Notes under the pieces: model-generated
Database searches by the model: none
The model's input: the letters and a program-made list of their open reading frames with translations, nothing else
Told to the model about the DNA's origin: nothing
Translations under genes and position numbers: made by a program
Sequence record: OV876907
Length of the DNA: 64,000 nt
Strand: one strand, 5' to 3'
Source: Escherichia phage UGJNEcP3
Part shown: piece after piece, positions 49,170 to 62,112 of the stretch
Layout of the letters: each line of letters begins with the position of its first letter
Numbering within the stretch: position 1 is the first letter of the stretch

Positions 49170-49469
49170 TTACAGGACAAGCAGAGTTTCAGTCTGGAGC
49201 CCGTTAATAGAAATCAGTTTATCGAAACGGAACGAGCGCCAGTCATTAACCTTGGTATCAAATACACGAATATAATTAACCGGTTCTTTATTAGCTTCTG
49301 GGCCAGGTGCTTGAATTTCTTTATACGGGAGGAGGTCCAGGTCGCGAGTACAAGTCATACGACGAACGCTACCATCCGTCTTTTCAAACAGAACTTCGTG
49401 AAAGCCTACAGACAAGATAGTCTTGACTTTTTCACGGAGCCGAATAGTTTCTTGTTCAGTTAAAATCAT
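49170..49469 (-). CDS. hypothetical protein (31.x position)
   Basis: ORF track; ATG confirmed. Confidence 0.5.
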   Translation of the reverse strand: MILTEQETIRLREKVKTILSVGFHEVLFEKTDGSVRRMTCTRDLDLLPYKEIQAPGPEANKEPVNYIRVFDTKVNDWRSFRFDKLISINGLQTETLLVL

Positions 49470-49471
49470 AA

Positions 49472-49705
49472 TTATTCCAGGATAGTTTTAATAGTGGTTG
49501 CATTACGCTCTTTTAGAGCTCTTAATAGGCTATGGCAATTATCAAGAATAGGTACTGTTTTGTAATTCATGTTGGCATAAACCCACTCGGATTTATAGTA
49601 CGATTTCCATCGAGAGAAAAAGTACTTTTTGTATTCTACTGAATAGGCTACTAAGCTTTCACCTTTTGAGTTCAGACCTGAAAACTTAACTAGTCGAAAT
49701 TTCAT
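49472..49705 (-). CDS. hypothetical protein (31.x position)
   Basis: ORF track. Confidence 0.5.
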   Translation of the reverse strand: MKFRLVKFSGLNSKGESLVAYSVEYKKYFFSRWKSYYKSEWVYANMNYKTVPILDNCHSLLRALKERNATTIKTILE

Positions 49706-50250
49706 TATTCACCACAATAGTTTTGAATTGATTCCCAGTTCAGAGAACGGAGGCCAGTACGGTTATACTGGATAACTTCAATGCCTGATTCGCGGAGGAT
49801 ATCATCCCATCCTTCAGGATTTCGGTCATAGAGTTCAGCATAAACCAGCGTTTTAATTCCGGACTGCGCAATAGACTTAGCACAATCTGCACACGGGGAC
49901 AGTGTCACATACATCGTAGCGCCGTCAATAGAACTTCCTGTACGAGCTGCGAACAGGATAGCATTCAGTTCGGCATGGATTTCATTTTTGGATGACCATG
50001 CGGCATGAGCCATACGATGTTCTTTAAGAAGAATCGATTTATGGGTCATTCGTGCTGGGTCATACACAACACGAGTCCAGTCCTGTTCCACAGCGTGGTC
50101 ACAACAGTTAACACCGCCGGATGGTGAACCGTTATACCCTGTAGAAATAATGCGGCCATTCTTTTCAATAACCGCGCCTACTTTCCATGAACAACATTTT
50201 GATTCCTGAGAAATCAGATAGGCAATCTGAAGATATGTGCTTGCTTTCAT
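49705..50250 (-). CDS. cd: dCMP deaminase
   Basis: ORF track; cytidine/dCMP deaminase zinc motifs HAE and PCADC. Confidence 0.9.
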   Translation of the reverse strand: MKASTYLQIAYLISQESKCCSWKVGAVIEKNGRIISTGYNGSPSGGVNCCDHAVEQDWTRVVYDPARMTHKSILLKEHRMAHAAWSSKNEIHAELNAILFAARTGSSIDGATMYVTLSPCADCAKSIAQSGIKTLVYAELYDRNPEGWDDILRESGIEVIQYNRTGLRSLNWESIQNYCGE

Positions 50251-50480
50251 TCTACGTACACTCGCTGCGCTTCGACCAGACCATCAGAACCAAGTTTTAA
50301 CTGGGTAATCTGGTCCCCATCTTTAGGGTTGACAATCACCAGCACTGCCCGTGGTGTTTCCTGGATTACTCGCAGAGTTGCATCAGGAAAACGTACAGAA
50401 ACCTTATTAATCAGGGCCTGAGCAAATTCTTTAACTTTAACTTGGAACTGCTCTACAGTAATAGGTTGTTCGCTCAGCAT
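50247..50480 (-). CDS. hypothetical protein (cd.x cluster)
   Basis: ORF track; ATGA overlap with cd. Confidence 0.5.
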   Translation of the reverse strand: MLSEQPITVEQFQVKVKEFAQALINKVSVRFPDATLRVIQETPRAVLVIVNPKDGDQITQLKLGSDGLVEAQRVYVE

Positions 50481-51034
50481 TAGATGGTCTCCAACTTAAG
50501 TTGTTTGGTAGTGGTAGCTTGGGTAACGTCGCCTTTAACAATATAACACACTTGTTGGAACGAACTGGTCAAAAGCTCTTCGGCTTGTCGATCGGCTTGT
50601 TCCTTTGTGTTATGGCGAGAATGAACTTCAATCTTACCATTTTTAACAATAAGCACTTTCCAATCGGCTGTAGCTTTTACTGGCTTAGGTTCGTCATTTT
50701 CAGGAATACTTACCGATACCAGTGGACGTACTACTTCAATAAAGTATTCGAATTCATGGCCAAAAAAGCCTGATGAATTAAAAAGAACACTATTTGCATC
50801 ATCAGGATTGCCTGTGAGTTTGCTCGGGTCCACAAACATCATCTCGTCATATACACGAATTCGGCTTACGCGTTCGCGCCCATTATGGTAATCAATTTCA
50901 ACTTCAAATGGGTTCATACCTACATACTTGGCAAAAGCTGTATTGAGGCCATAAGAGCCGTTATTAGTGAATTTGTTTTTAGTGTATTCACTAATGAACT
51001 TGTAAAACTTACGCTCTTCAAAGAACTTACTCAT
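50480..51034 (-). CDS. hypothetical protein (cd.x cluster)
   Basis: ORF track; GAGGAA RBS; GTTTACT-N17-TATGAT promoter upstream. Confidence 0.55.
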   Translation of the reverse strand: MSKFFEERKFYKFISEYTKNKFTNNGSYGLNTAFAKYVGMNPFEVEIDYHNGRERVSRIRVYDEMMFVDPSKLTGNPDDANSVLFNSSGFFGHEFEYFIEVVRPLVSVSIPENDEPKPVKATADWKVLIVKNGKIEVHSRHNTKEQADRQAEELLTSSFQQVCYIVKGDVTQATTTKQLKLETI

Positions 51035-51064
51035 TTCGATTTCCTCATTTGTTTCGGTAAGGTC

Positions 51065-51093
51065 ATCATATCACCGTCCTTGGTGAAAGTAAA
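51065..51093 (-). promoter_or_regulatory. early-type promoter GTTTACT-N17-TATGAT
   Basis: Upstream of 50480-51034. Confidence 0.45.
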
Positions 51094-51102
51094 CACCTTT
51101 TT

Positions 51103-51381
51103 TTAAATTGCTTCGACAACCACCGTTTGTTTCTGGAAGTCCATTTTGCATGAAATAGCCAAAATGTGGTTATCAATTTTAAATGGAACGATTGCAAATG
51201 CTGCACCTGGCGTGAGTTGAACAGTGATTGCATCAACTGCATCAGGGAACATGATTTCCAGAATAGCAGACAAACGACCATGCACCTTTAGTTCAGTCGA
51301 CACGTCGACGGGTTCGTATAGGTAATCAGATACAATCTGACTAAAAATGGTTTTAACAATTTCAGAATAAGTAGGGAACAT
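51103..51381 (-). CDS. hypothetical protein (cd.x cluster)
   Basis: ORF track; GAGGT RBS. Confidence 0.5.
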   Translation of the reverse strand: MFPTYSEIVKTIFSQIVSDYLYEPVDVSTELKVHGRLSAILEIMFPDAVDAITVQLTPGAAFAIVPFKIDNHILAISCKMDFQKQTVVVEAI

Positions 51382-51388
51382 AATTACC

Positions 51389-51604
51389 TCAGTGTACTGT
51401 ATGGACCTTCACGTTAACAATAAACCGGTCAACGACTTCAGTCAGAGGAACGAACTCAACATAGTACTCGCCTTTGTAACGTTCATTGAGGTCATTACGA
51501 AGGGCCGCTAGTGAGTTAATGAGGGTAGGAGACATATTCTGACCTACCAGTTTCTGAAGCTCTTTATAAGCTTCTTCTTCAACTTCATGGTGTTTGTTAT
51601 ACAT
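51389..51604 (-). CDS. hypothetical protein (cd.x cluster)
   Basis: Start placed at internal ATG (MYNKHH...) overlapping the stop of the 51597-51794 ORF; track start 51709 would be nested in that ORF. Confidence 0.4.
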   Translation of the reverse strand: MYNKHHEVEEEAYKELQKLVGQNMSPTLINSLAALRNDLNERYKGEYYVEFVPLTEVVDRFIVNVKVHTVH

Positions 51605-51793
51605 AGTGTTCTTCCAAGAAGGCAAGGAGTTCAGGAGCGGATTTAAAAATACCACCATCGACCTTGTCTTCATCTTTATAGTCCATAACATCCAGGCCAA
51701 TACGTCCATCAGTTAAAGGCCATACGCCGAAGAAAAAGCATTTACGTTTTTCAATTTCTTCGATTGTACGAAAAATCTTTTCGATATTATTCA

Positions 51794-51794
<1 letters not shown>
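51597..51794 (-). CDS. hypothetical protein (cd.x cluster)
   Basis: ORF track; start overlaps pseT stop. Confidence 0.45.
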
Positions 51795-53012
<1,218 letters not shown>

Positions 53013-53016
<4 letters not shown>

Positions 53017-53495
53017 ACACCAAGCTCCTTATAAAGTTCTTCGCGACAGGTTTTCAGAAGTTTACCACTTTCATATGCTGATTTTTCATCAACATCACCT
53101 AAAGCCACAGCTTGCTGCATCTGGCCGTGGCGTTTAGCTGCGTATTCAAAACTTTTTACTAGCTCACGAATACGTTCTTTTTCATTGTACTCTTCAATGA
53201 ATTCAGGGTATTCCCAAACAGGTCGCATCATACGATACCACTGTTGGATGGTAATATAATTACTTCCGTTCAAATTAATAATCTGTGAAGGCTCAATAGA
53301 CCCTGGAGCATAAAAAGTTACCTGTCTTACTACATCAATACCGTCCACAATAGCCCAAGCAAAATCGAAAGTTGCCTTCTTTTCAATAGGAGTGCTTGCA
53401 CAGGACCCTAGTTTAAGGAGCTTTTGTAATACAGGAGATTTAATACTTGAAATGTATTCTGGCTTAGCCACAAAACTGTTATCACGTAATGTCAT
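53013..53495 (-). CDS. hypothetical protein (pseT.x cluster)
   Basis: Start at internal ATG 53495 (MTLRDNSF) after GAGGAAA; track start 53531 falls inside the promoter -10. Confidence 0.5.
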
Positions 53496-53529
53496 AATAA
53501 TTTCCTCAATTTTTATAATCCGTAGGAGC

Positions 53530-53559
53530 ATTATACTCTGCTCCCAAGAGTTTGTAAAC
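53530..53559 (-). promoter_or_regulatory. early-type promoter GTTTACA-N17-TATAAT
   Basis: Upstream of 53013-53495; perfect -10. Confidence 0.5.
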
Positions 53560-53659
53560 TACTTTCCGAAAAGACCTTGGACACATAAAGTGGCCGCAAT
53601 TCCAAAACAAAAACAGAATGCACCAAATCTAACAATACCCCAACCAAGACTACACTCAA

Positions 53660-53950
53660 TCATTTGCACTTCTCCTCTTTCAGCCCGGAACGATAATAAC
53701 ATACCATAGATTTCTGGTCTTGTACATATCTTTTTACGTCATTCAACCAAATACGATGTTCTTGGGAATCTTCAAATGGCATTCCAACCCAGGCCTTACC
53801 ATCGATAACCTTAACCTGCCATTTAACCGAATGTTCGGCAATAGGTTGCGGCCATGAAGGGTGGAGTTGTTGTTTAGGCACTACAGGAACATCCTGGGCA
53901 CACCCAACTAACAAGCCAATAGATAACATTACTGCAGACAATTTAATCAT
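53660..53950 (-). CDS. pseT.2: o-spanin-like outer-membrane lipoprotein
   Basis: Signal peptide with lipobox LLVGC; small; directly downstream of the i-spanin-like gene. Confidence 0.65.
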   Translation of the reverse strand: MIKLSAVMLSIGLLVGCAQDVPVVPKQQLHPSWPQPIAEHSVKWQVKVIDGKAWVGMPFEDSQEHRIWLNDVKRYVQDQKSMVCYYRSGLKEEKCK

Positions 53951-54300
53951 TCTGTGATGCTCCTGAAGTCTTTGGCAAAGGAATCGAAGGACTTGTTGAT
54001 TTGTTTTTCGACCAATCCTGGCTTACTTGCCACCACGTGCGCCTTCTTCGAATCTTTACGGAGCTTTTCATTTTCTACCTTAATTTTATCCATTCGGGCA
54101 TTCATTTCAGTAGTACGGAATTCAATATCTGAGTATTGGCCACGAAGGTCATCAACAGCTTCAGCGTTCTGTTTAGCCGTTTGCTGGGTTGTTTTAAGTT
54201 CTTCAGTTAATGTATCAATACGGCTTGATTGATATGAAATCAGACCATAAGCACCTACTGCAAGAGCTCCGGCTAAAAGGTAAATACTTAATTTAGACAT
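53947..54300 (-). CDS. pseT.3: i-spanin-like membrane protein
   Basis: N-terminal transmembrane helix IYLLAGALAVGAYGLI then charged coiled-coil-like region. Confidence 0.65.
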   Translation of the reverse strand: MSKLSIYLLAGALAVGAYGLISYQSSRIDTLTEELKTTQQTAKQNAEAVDDLRGQYSDIEFRTTEMNARMDKIKVENEKLRKDSKKAHVVASKPGLVEKQINKSFDSFAKDFRSITE

Positions 54301-54788
54301 TTGGTAATAATCTCGATGATATCATCACGTGACAGGGAATTAATAAGAACCGTTTTAGGGTTTTCACACTGAATTTTATACGTTTCAAACATAAAACATA
54401 ATTCTTCAGCGGTATGGTAAGGACTTGAAATGCCGAGGCGATTAAACTTGTCGCTTAATGGGTCGCAAATCAAATAGAAAGTGATTCCTGAGATTTTAAC
54501 ATTAGGCTGACTGATATTAATGAACACCTCGGCATCATACTTAGAAAGGTTGTTTTGGAGAAACTCTACCATAGAGTTAACAGCTTCAGGCATGGCTTCA
54601 CGCTTTTCTTCTGCATAACGGGTAGAGTATTCTTTTTGCTTGATTTTCTTTTTAGCATTTTTAGCTAAAGTAACACGAAGATCGGTCAGGTAACCTACTG
54701 CACGGGAACCTTTAAAAACTTGGATACCGTCAGTAGAATCACCAAAAGCTTTAACAACCATTTCGTTAGTAATCATTTGCATATTCAT
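54288..54788 (-). CDS. alc: Alc-like protein (host transcription shutoff on cytosine DNA)
   Basis: ORF track; call rests on size and conserved position between pseT.3 and rnlA. Confidence 0.6.
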   Translation of the reverse strand: MNMQMITNEMVVKAFGDSTDGIQVFKGSRAVGYLTDLRVTLAKNAKKKIKQKEYSTRYAEEKREAMPEAVNSMVEFLQNNLSKYDAEVFINISQPNVKISGITFYLICDPLSDKFNRLGISSPYHTAEELCFMFETYKIQCENPKTVLINSLSRDDIIEIITKCLN

Positions 54789-54817
54789 TTTGTTTTCTCC
54801 TCATTAGTTGGTAGGTC

Positions 54818-54847
54818 TATACTAACACATCATGAGGAGATGTAAAC
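54818..54847 (-). promoter_or_regulatory. early-type promoter GTTTACA with weaker -10 (upstream of alc)
   Basis: GTTTACA with AGTATA or TAGTAT at the 16-17 nt position. Confidence 0.4.
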
Positions 54848-55995
54848 TACTCTATCACAATTTCTTTCAAATATTTTTCAGGGATTTGGGCCTTATGATT
54901 TTTCAAGAACACAGAGTTAATCTGGTCTACGACCGTATCATAATTAATGCCGCCCACGTACGCCTGCATAAGAATAGAGAACAACCCTGGGAAGTCCTTA
55001 AGGATTAATTGACCTGTAACGGCGTAGTCCTTACGGTCCCGGCCCTTGAGCTGAGAATATGCTGCTTCTAACAAAGCCAGTGATTGTTCTAAGTAATCTA
55101 AATGGATACGTTCAAAGGCATCGATTTTCTCGATAGCAAACGAATCCGTACTGAACAGACCACGAAGGTCATCAGTTCCGCCAGCCACTACAACTTCAAA
55201 CAAACGTTCGTTATTGTTAATGGAATCTTTGGTATGATGTAGTGCACTGTACCATGCAGTTTTGAGTTTAAAGAACGTACCATCTTTCAGTACAAAGATA
55301 AAACCTTCAATAGCCTCTTGTTTACGAATGTTTTCTACGAAATCACCCTCGGTGAGGTCATAGCTTTCAACCAAATGCTTACGCAGGGCGCCGTCCTTAA
55401 ACAATTCCGCATACGGAATATATTCACCCGTTTCATTATTACGAACGTTCAACAGGATAAGGTTTGTTTCTTGGTAAGCCAGCACTATACGGTTGGTAGG
55501 TGCAACATATTCAAGGTTACAGGTGTACCCGGCTTTGGTGATTTCTTCCAGTCGAGCAGCAAAAGCCTCGTTCTCAGGGAGACGAAGGAAACGTAAAGAA
55601 TCATGCACCATTGACGAATGGATAGAGCCTTTAGATTTAACAGAAAGATACTGTCGGTCCATGAATGTAGAAATCAGAGAACCGTCTTCCTTAGCCATAA
55701 CCAAGTCAATATTTTCTGGTGACAAATCTAGACCGATGGTCAACGGGTTTTCATCGAGATTAAAGAACTTTTGCATAGGACGAGCCGCGATACGTACAGG
55801 ACCGTTCTCGTCCATTTCAAACATAATGCCTCGGCACTCTAGGGCGCCGTCTTCCAACCAATCACTGTACGATGCATAGTTATAACTAAAGATGCGATAG
55901 TTGACTCCTAGCGCACTCTGGAAGTCTTTAAAGAAGAACTTAGATTTAGTTGAGTTTTTAACCAAAGTCATCAAGTTATCATATAATTCAATCAT
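54847..55995 (-). CDS. rnlA: RNA ligase 1 (RnlA)
   Basis: ORF track; collinear with T4 Rnl1 (YRIFSYNYASYSDW, adenylation lysine motif KEDGS). Confidence 0.9.
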   Translation of the reverse strand: MIELYDNLMTLVKNSTKSKFFFKDFQSALGVNYRIFSYNYASYSDWLEDGALECRGIMFEMDENGPVRIAARPMQKFFNLDENPLTIGLDLSPENIDLVMAKEDGSLISTFMDRQYLSVKSKGSIHSSMVHDSLRFLRLPENEAFAARLEEITKAGYTCNLEYVAPTNRIVLAYQETNLILLNVRNNETGEYIPYAELFKDGALRKHLVESYDLTEGDFVENIRKQEAIEGFIFVLKDGTFFKLKTAWYSALHHTKDSINNNERLFEVVVAGGTDDLRGLFSTDSFAIEKIDAFERIHLDYLEQSLALLEAAYSQLKGRDRKDYAVTGQLILKDFPGLFSILMQAYVGGINYDTVVDQINSVFLKNHKAQIPEKYLKEIVIE

Positions 55996-55999
55996 TGCT

Positions 56000-56413
56000 T
56001 TATCCTTTTAATCGGTGTTGGGTATTCCAAGGTGGATTAAATTTCTTTATGAACATTGGCTCTTCAAGAGACATGGTCTCAACTGACATAGTTCCAAGTT
56101 CGTTAGTCATCGACAGATTAAAGCACTGCCGTGCATAGAACTCCACCTTTTTACCTGCCATTAATGCTTCATGAATCAGAATGGACTTAGTCGAATCTGA
56201 CGTTTGGTCCTTACGATTAATAGCGGTTCGGTAGTAGTTGATGCGCTTACGAAGATTTTTAGTCTTCCCGATGTAGACTAGTATATCATCGACCGCTATA
56301 GCATATATGACATTTTGTTTATTTGGTACTGTGAGCGGAGCTATGGTGGCGTCATCTTGGAGTTCTAGGGTGACGTACTTGATAAAGCTAAATTCGTCTG
56401 CGATTTCTTTCAT
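56000..56413 (-). CDS. denA: endonuclease II (GIY-YIG family)
   Basis: Start at internal ATG 56413 (MKEIADEFSFIKY...); GIY-YIG-like VIYAIA...LVYIGKTKNLRKRINYYR collinear with T4 EndoII. Confidence 0.85.
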   Translation of the reverse strand: MKEIADEFSFIKYVTLELQDDATIAPLTVPNKQNVIYAIAVDDILVYIGKTKNLRKRINYYRTAINRKDQTSDSTKSILIHEALMAGKKVEFYARQCFNLSMTNELGTMSVETMSLEEPMFIKKFNPPWNTQHRLKG

Positions 56414-56440
56414 AGCAATAAGGGCCCGAAGCCCCATTCC

Positions 56441-57649
56441 TTAAAAATATTTCTTGTACGATGCCATTACTTTTTCATCAACATCGTTATCAATTTGTGC
56501 TACAAGGTAAGAACTGATTTCCACTTCCTGAGGAGCAGCCTGTACAGAATCAGAGTTCAGGTATTCGCGAATCCAAGGATATGGGTGGCGAGTAGGGGCA
56601 TCAGTAATAGGACACGGTAAGCCACATTGCTTCATACGAGAAACTGTCAGGTAATCGACAAAAGCACCCATGTTCTGAGTATTTAATCCAGGGCAAGTAC
56701 CATCTTTGAACAGGTGAGCAGCCCATTCTTTTTCTTGACGGTTAACTTCCATGAAAATATCAACTGCTTCTTGTTCACACTCTTGAGCAATTTTAACCCA
56801 TTCGTCACCGTCAGTACCAAGTTGGAGTTGACGAATAATGTACTGAGTACCTTTAAGGTGAAGCTGTTCATCACGTGCAATGAACTTCATAATCTTAGCA
56901 TTACCTTCCATGATTTCCATGTTTTTATGGAAGTTAAAGGTGCATGCGAAAGATACATAAAAACGAATAGCTTCCAATGCGTTGATTACATGAAGGCAAA
57001 GGTAAAGGGATTTCATTAGCTCACGCTTCCAATACATCTCATGCTCAATAGCATCTTCAATATCGTCTTCGTCTGCATTAATTTCTTTTTGGTATTCGAT
57101 ATCAGCTTTAGCATTCTGCCAATAGCGAGTTTTCTCAATAACGTCGTCGTAATAACGACCAATAGATTCAGCACGTTTCATAATAGCGTCATCTAACAGA
57201 ATTTCATCAAATACCTTTGATGGGTCTGTATAGAGGTTACGCATGATATGGGTATATGAACGAGAGTGAATAGTCTCACTAAAGGTCCATGTAGCCACCC
57301 ATGTATCAAGGCTAGGGTCTGAAATCAAGGCTTGAAGTGCAGCAGAAGGAGCACGTCCTTGGATACTATCCAGAAGTGATTGATACTTCAGGTTATTGGT
57401 AAAAATATTTTGTTGGAATTGTGGAAGCTTATTAAATTGAGCAGCATCCATCATCAAGTTGACTTCTTCTGGACGCCAGAAAAAACTCAACTGCTTTTCA
57501 CAAAGCTCTTCGAATACTTTATGACGTTGGATATCATAACGAGCAATACCCAATCCTGAACCAAAGAACATCGGTTCGGCTAAAACATCAACTGGGGTGG
57601 TATTAAAAACTGTAGACATGTTATTCTCATTTGTTAGTGACTCATCCAT
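56441..57649 (-). CDS. nrdB: ribonucleotide reductase small subunit
   Basis: ORF track; single uninterrupted ORF (no intron); di-iron radical protein-like motifs. Confidence 0.9.
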   Translation of the reverse strand: MDESLTNENNMSTVFNTTPVDVLAEPMFFGSGLGIARYDIQRHKVFEELCEKQLSFFWRPEEVNLMMDAAQFNKLPQFQQNIFTNNLKYQSLLDSIQGRAPSAALQALISDPSLDTWVATWTFSETIHSRSYTHIMRNLYTDPSKVFDEILLDDAIMKRAESIGRYYDDVIEKTRYWQNAKADIEYQKEINADEDDIEDAIEHEMYWKRELMKSLYLCLHVINALEAIRFYVSFACTFNFHKNMEIMEGNAKIMKFIARDEQLHLKGTQYIIRQLQLGTDGDEWVKIAQECEQEAVDIFMEVNRQEKEWAAHLFKDGTCPGLNTQNMGAFVDYLTVSRMKQCGLPCPITDAPTRHPYPWIREYLNSDSVQAAPQEVEISSYLVAQIDNDVDEKVMASYKKYF

Positions 57650-57672
57650 GAGTCAATTATAATCAGATTTTA

Positions 57673-59928
57673 TTAAAGCTTACAAGCTGCACAATCGTCG
57701 GCTTTAGGAGTTTCGATTTCATAGTCATCAGTACCAGAGCCATCACGGGTATTATGATAGTAAAGGTTCTTACCACCGTAGTACCAGAAATACAGCAGGT
57801 CATCAAGCATTACCGACATCGGAACTTTTCCTTTTGGAAAAATCTGTGGGTCATAATATGTATTAGCTGATGCCGATTGACACACCCATTTCAACGCTAT
57901 TGCCACTTGGGTAAGATAAGGTTTATTACCTTTCTTAGCGAGGCTCCAAGCGTAATCGTAGAGTCCTTGGTTATGTTCTACATTAGGAACTACCTGACGG
58001 AAGTTACCTTCTTTAGATTCTTTAATACTTACCGGACCGCGCGGAGGTTCGATACCGTTTGTAGAGTTGGAAACCTGGCTGCTTGACTCGCATGGCATAA
58101 GTGCTGATAATGTGCTATTACGGATGCCATGTTTAGCCAGGTCTTCCCGCAACGACGACCAGTCACAAACGTAGTTCGGAGCTGCGATTTGGTCAATTTT
58201 TTTATTGTACCAGTCGATAGGAAGCTCGCCTCGAGACCAACGAGTGTCTGAATAATACTCGCAAGGTCCTTTTTCTTCGGCCAACTTGATTGATGCTCGG
58301 ATAAGTCCATACTGTAATCTCTCAAACAGTTCGTGAGTTAAATCGTTTGCGTCTTCATAAGAAGCAAAGTTGCTTGCCAACCAAGCGGCGTAGTTCGTAA
58401 CACCAACACCCAGGTTACGACGTTTCTTAGCCTTCAGAGCTTCAGGAACAGGATAATCTTGGTAGTCTAACAAGTTATCAAGTGCACGGACTTGTACTTC
58501 AGCGAGCTCGTTAATTTTGTCTTGGTCTTGCCAATCAAAGTTATCTAACACAAATGCAGACAGCGTACACAATCCAATTTCAGCGTCCGGACTATTCACA
58601 TCAGTAGTCGGGATAGCAATTTCACAACACAAGTTGCTCTGGCGAATAGGAGCTTTCTCACGAATAAATGGTGTGAAGTTATTAGTGTTATCAACGAATT
58701 GAGGATAAATTCGTGCAGTGCCTGAACGTTCGGTCATGAACAATTCAAAGAGGTCACGTGCTTTAATACGTTTCTTACGAATACTAGGGTCTTTTTCTGC
58801 GGCTTCATACAATTCACGGAAACGGTCTTGGTCTTCGAAATAAGAATAGTAAAGCTCACCACCCATTTCATGAGGACTAAACAACGTGATGTAATCATTT
58901 TTACCGAAACGTTCCATCATAAGGTCGTTCATCTGGATTCCGTAGTCCATATGGCGAATACGGTTCTCATCGACACCTTTGTTGTTTTTCAGAACGAGCA
59001 GATTTTCAACTTCCAAATGCCAAATAGGATAATAAGCAGTAGCAGCGCCGCCACGGATTCCACCTTGTGAACATGATTTAACAGCAGTCTGGAAATGTTT
59101 CCAGAATGGAATAACGCCGGTATGTTTGACTTCACCCATGCCAATACGAGAACCTTCAGCACGAATCATACCAACGTTGATACCAATACCTGCTCGTTTA
59201 GAAATGTATTCAATTATTGAGTTAGCAGTTTTGTTAATAGATTTCAGCGAGTCGCCTGCTTCAATAACCACACAAGAACTAAATTGACGGGTTGGGGTAC
59301 GTGCTCCAGCCATAATAGGAGTAGGCAACGAAACCTGACGAGTACTTACGGCATCATAAAAACGAATAATATGTGCTAAACGATTACCTGGCTCGTCTTG
59401 GTGTAAGGCCATACCAATACACATGATAGCGAACTGAGGAGTTTCGTAGATTTTACCGGTTGTTTTATCTTTAACCAGATATTTCTCTTTCAGCTGCATT
59501 GCACCGGCATAAGTCAATTCGAAATCGCGTTCATGCTTGATATGAGATTCTAAGAAAGTAATTTCTTCTGCAGAATATCGAGATAACAATTCAGGGTCAT
59601 ATTTACCTTCGTTAACACAATAGGAAATATGGTCGATAAAACTGCGTGGTTCAAACTGCCCATAAACTTCTTTACGCAGTGCAAACATCAATTCTTTTGC
59701 CGCTACGTACTGGTAATCAGGTTCTTCAACTGAAATAAGGTTAGCCGCAACTTTAACAGTTAGATTCTGGATATCTTTGGTAGTCATACCATCACGAAGG
59801 TGGGGTTTAATTTCTTCGTATAATTCATAGGGGTCGATTTGGGTTCCTTCACATCCCCAAGTCAGAACTTTAATAATTTTTTGTGCGTCAAAATCTTGGG
59901 ATACACCACTACTCTTTTGTACTTGCAT
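57673..59928 (-). CDS. nrdA: ribonucleotide reductase large subunit
   Basis: ORF track; 751 aa with N-terminal ATP-cone-like region and C-terminal CxxC tail. Confidence 0.92.
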   Translation of the reverse strand: MQVQKSSGVSQDFDAQKIIKVLTWGCEGTQIDPYELYEEIKPHLRDGMTTKDIQNLTVKVAANLISVEEPDYQYVAAKELMFALRKEVYGQFEPRSFIDHISYCVNEGKYDPELLSRYSAEEITFLESHIKHERDFELTYAGAMQLKEKYLVKDKTTGKIYETPQFAIMCIGMALHQDEPGNRLAHIIRFYDAVSTRQVSLPTPIMAGARTPTRQFSSCVVIEAGDSLKSINKTANSIIEYISKRAGIGINVGMIRAEGSRIGMGEVKHTGVIPFWKHFQTAVKSCSQGGIRGGAATAYYPIWHLEVENLLVLKNNKGVDENRIRHMDYGIQMNDLMMERFGKNDYITLFSPHEMGGELYYSYFEDQDRFRELYEAAEKDPSIRKKRIKARDLFELFMTERSGTARIYPQFVDNTNNFTPFIREKAPIRQSNLCCEIAIPTTDVNSPDAEIGLCTLSAFVLDNFDWQDQDKINELAEVQVRALDNLLDYQDYPVPEALKAKKRRNLGVGVTNYAAWLASNFASYEDANDLTHELFERLQYGLIRASIKLAEEKGPCEYYSDTRWSRGELPIDWYNKKIDQIAAPNYVCDWSSLREDLAKHGIRNSTLSALMPCESSSQVSNSTNGIEPPRGPVSIKESKEGNFRQVVPNVEHNQGLYDYAWSLAKKGNKPYLTQVAIALKWVCQSASANTYYDPQIFPKGKVPMSVMLDDLLYFWYYGGKNLYYHNTRDGSGTDDYEIETPKADDCAACKL

Positions 59929-60056
59929 AATTTCCTCAATATGTTAGGTTCTACAATTATTCTATCATAGAACCTGTTAAGCATGGACTGATATTTATAG
60001 AATGAAATTCAGTCCGACCATAATAACCAAAAACAGAGTACAGATTATTTGAATTT

Positions 60057-61507
<1,451 letters not shown>

Positions 61508-61840
61508 TTAACTGCATTTTTTAATTGCGGTAAAATCTTTGCGAATATCAAGAACCAATTTGTAAAGATGTTTAATGGTATCAGTATCAAAATAAGCGAC
61601 GGCACAACGTGATTGGCGAATATCTTCTAATGAATATTTGCTTTCGCTAGACCCATATCCAATGATACCACTAATGCACTTGTCATTAAGCGTATATTTC
61701 TGTGGGCCATCAATATTATTTTTAGGATAGATGTAAAGGCTCCAATCAAATTTTTGTTCAAGCGTATTAACCTTAACTTCAAGAATCAGTTCAGGATGTG
61801 GATCATCTTTGGCAAAGCAAGTGTATTCAGTAAGCATTAT
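61508..61840 (-). CDS. hypothetical protein (frd.x cluster)
   Basis: Start at internal ATG 61840 (MLTEYTCFAKDD) after GAGGAAAA; track start 61978 overlaps the upstream ORF. Confidence 0.5.
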   Translation of the reverse strand: MMLTEYTCFAKDDPHPELILEVKVNTLEQKFDWSLYIYPKNNIDGPQKYTLNDKCISGIIGYGSSESKYSLEDIRQSRCAVAYFDTDTIKHLYKLVLDIRKDFTAIKKCS

Positions 61841-61847
61841 ATTTTCC

Positions 61848-62087
61848 TCACGCTTTCTTAGCGACTTTCCAGTCAGCTTTAAATTGGCCGACATCAGAGT
61901 GGTGAATCCAGAAACCAGATGAGCTACCATCTTCATAAAGAGGACACCCGTCGCACTCATCTTTCCAACCCATTTCACACAAAGCTTGTTCGGCTTTTTC
62001 TAAAGCTTCCGGATTGTTACCCTGGATTGTGAAGTACCATTTGCCTTTAACTTCAGAATCGTTGATTGATTCTCGTTGTAATTTCAT
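61848..62087 (-). CDS. hypothetical protein (frd.x cluster)
   Basis: Start at ATG 62087 (MKLQRESIND) after AAGGAG; GTTTACA-N17-TACTATAG promoter upstream. Confidence 0.55.
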   Translation of the reverse strand: MKLQRESINDSEVKGKWYFTIQGNNPEALEKAEQALCEMGWKDECDGCPLYEDGSSSGFWIHHSDVGQFKADWKVAKKA

Positions 62088-62112
62088 TTTATTCTCCTTA
62101 GTTGGTAAGGCT

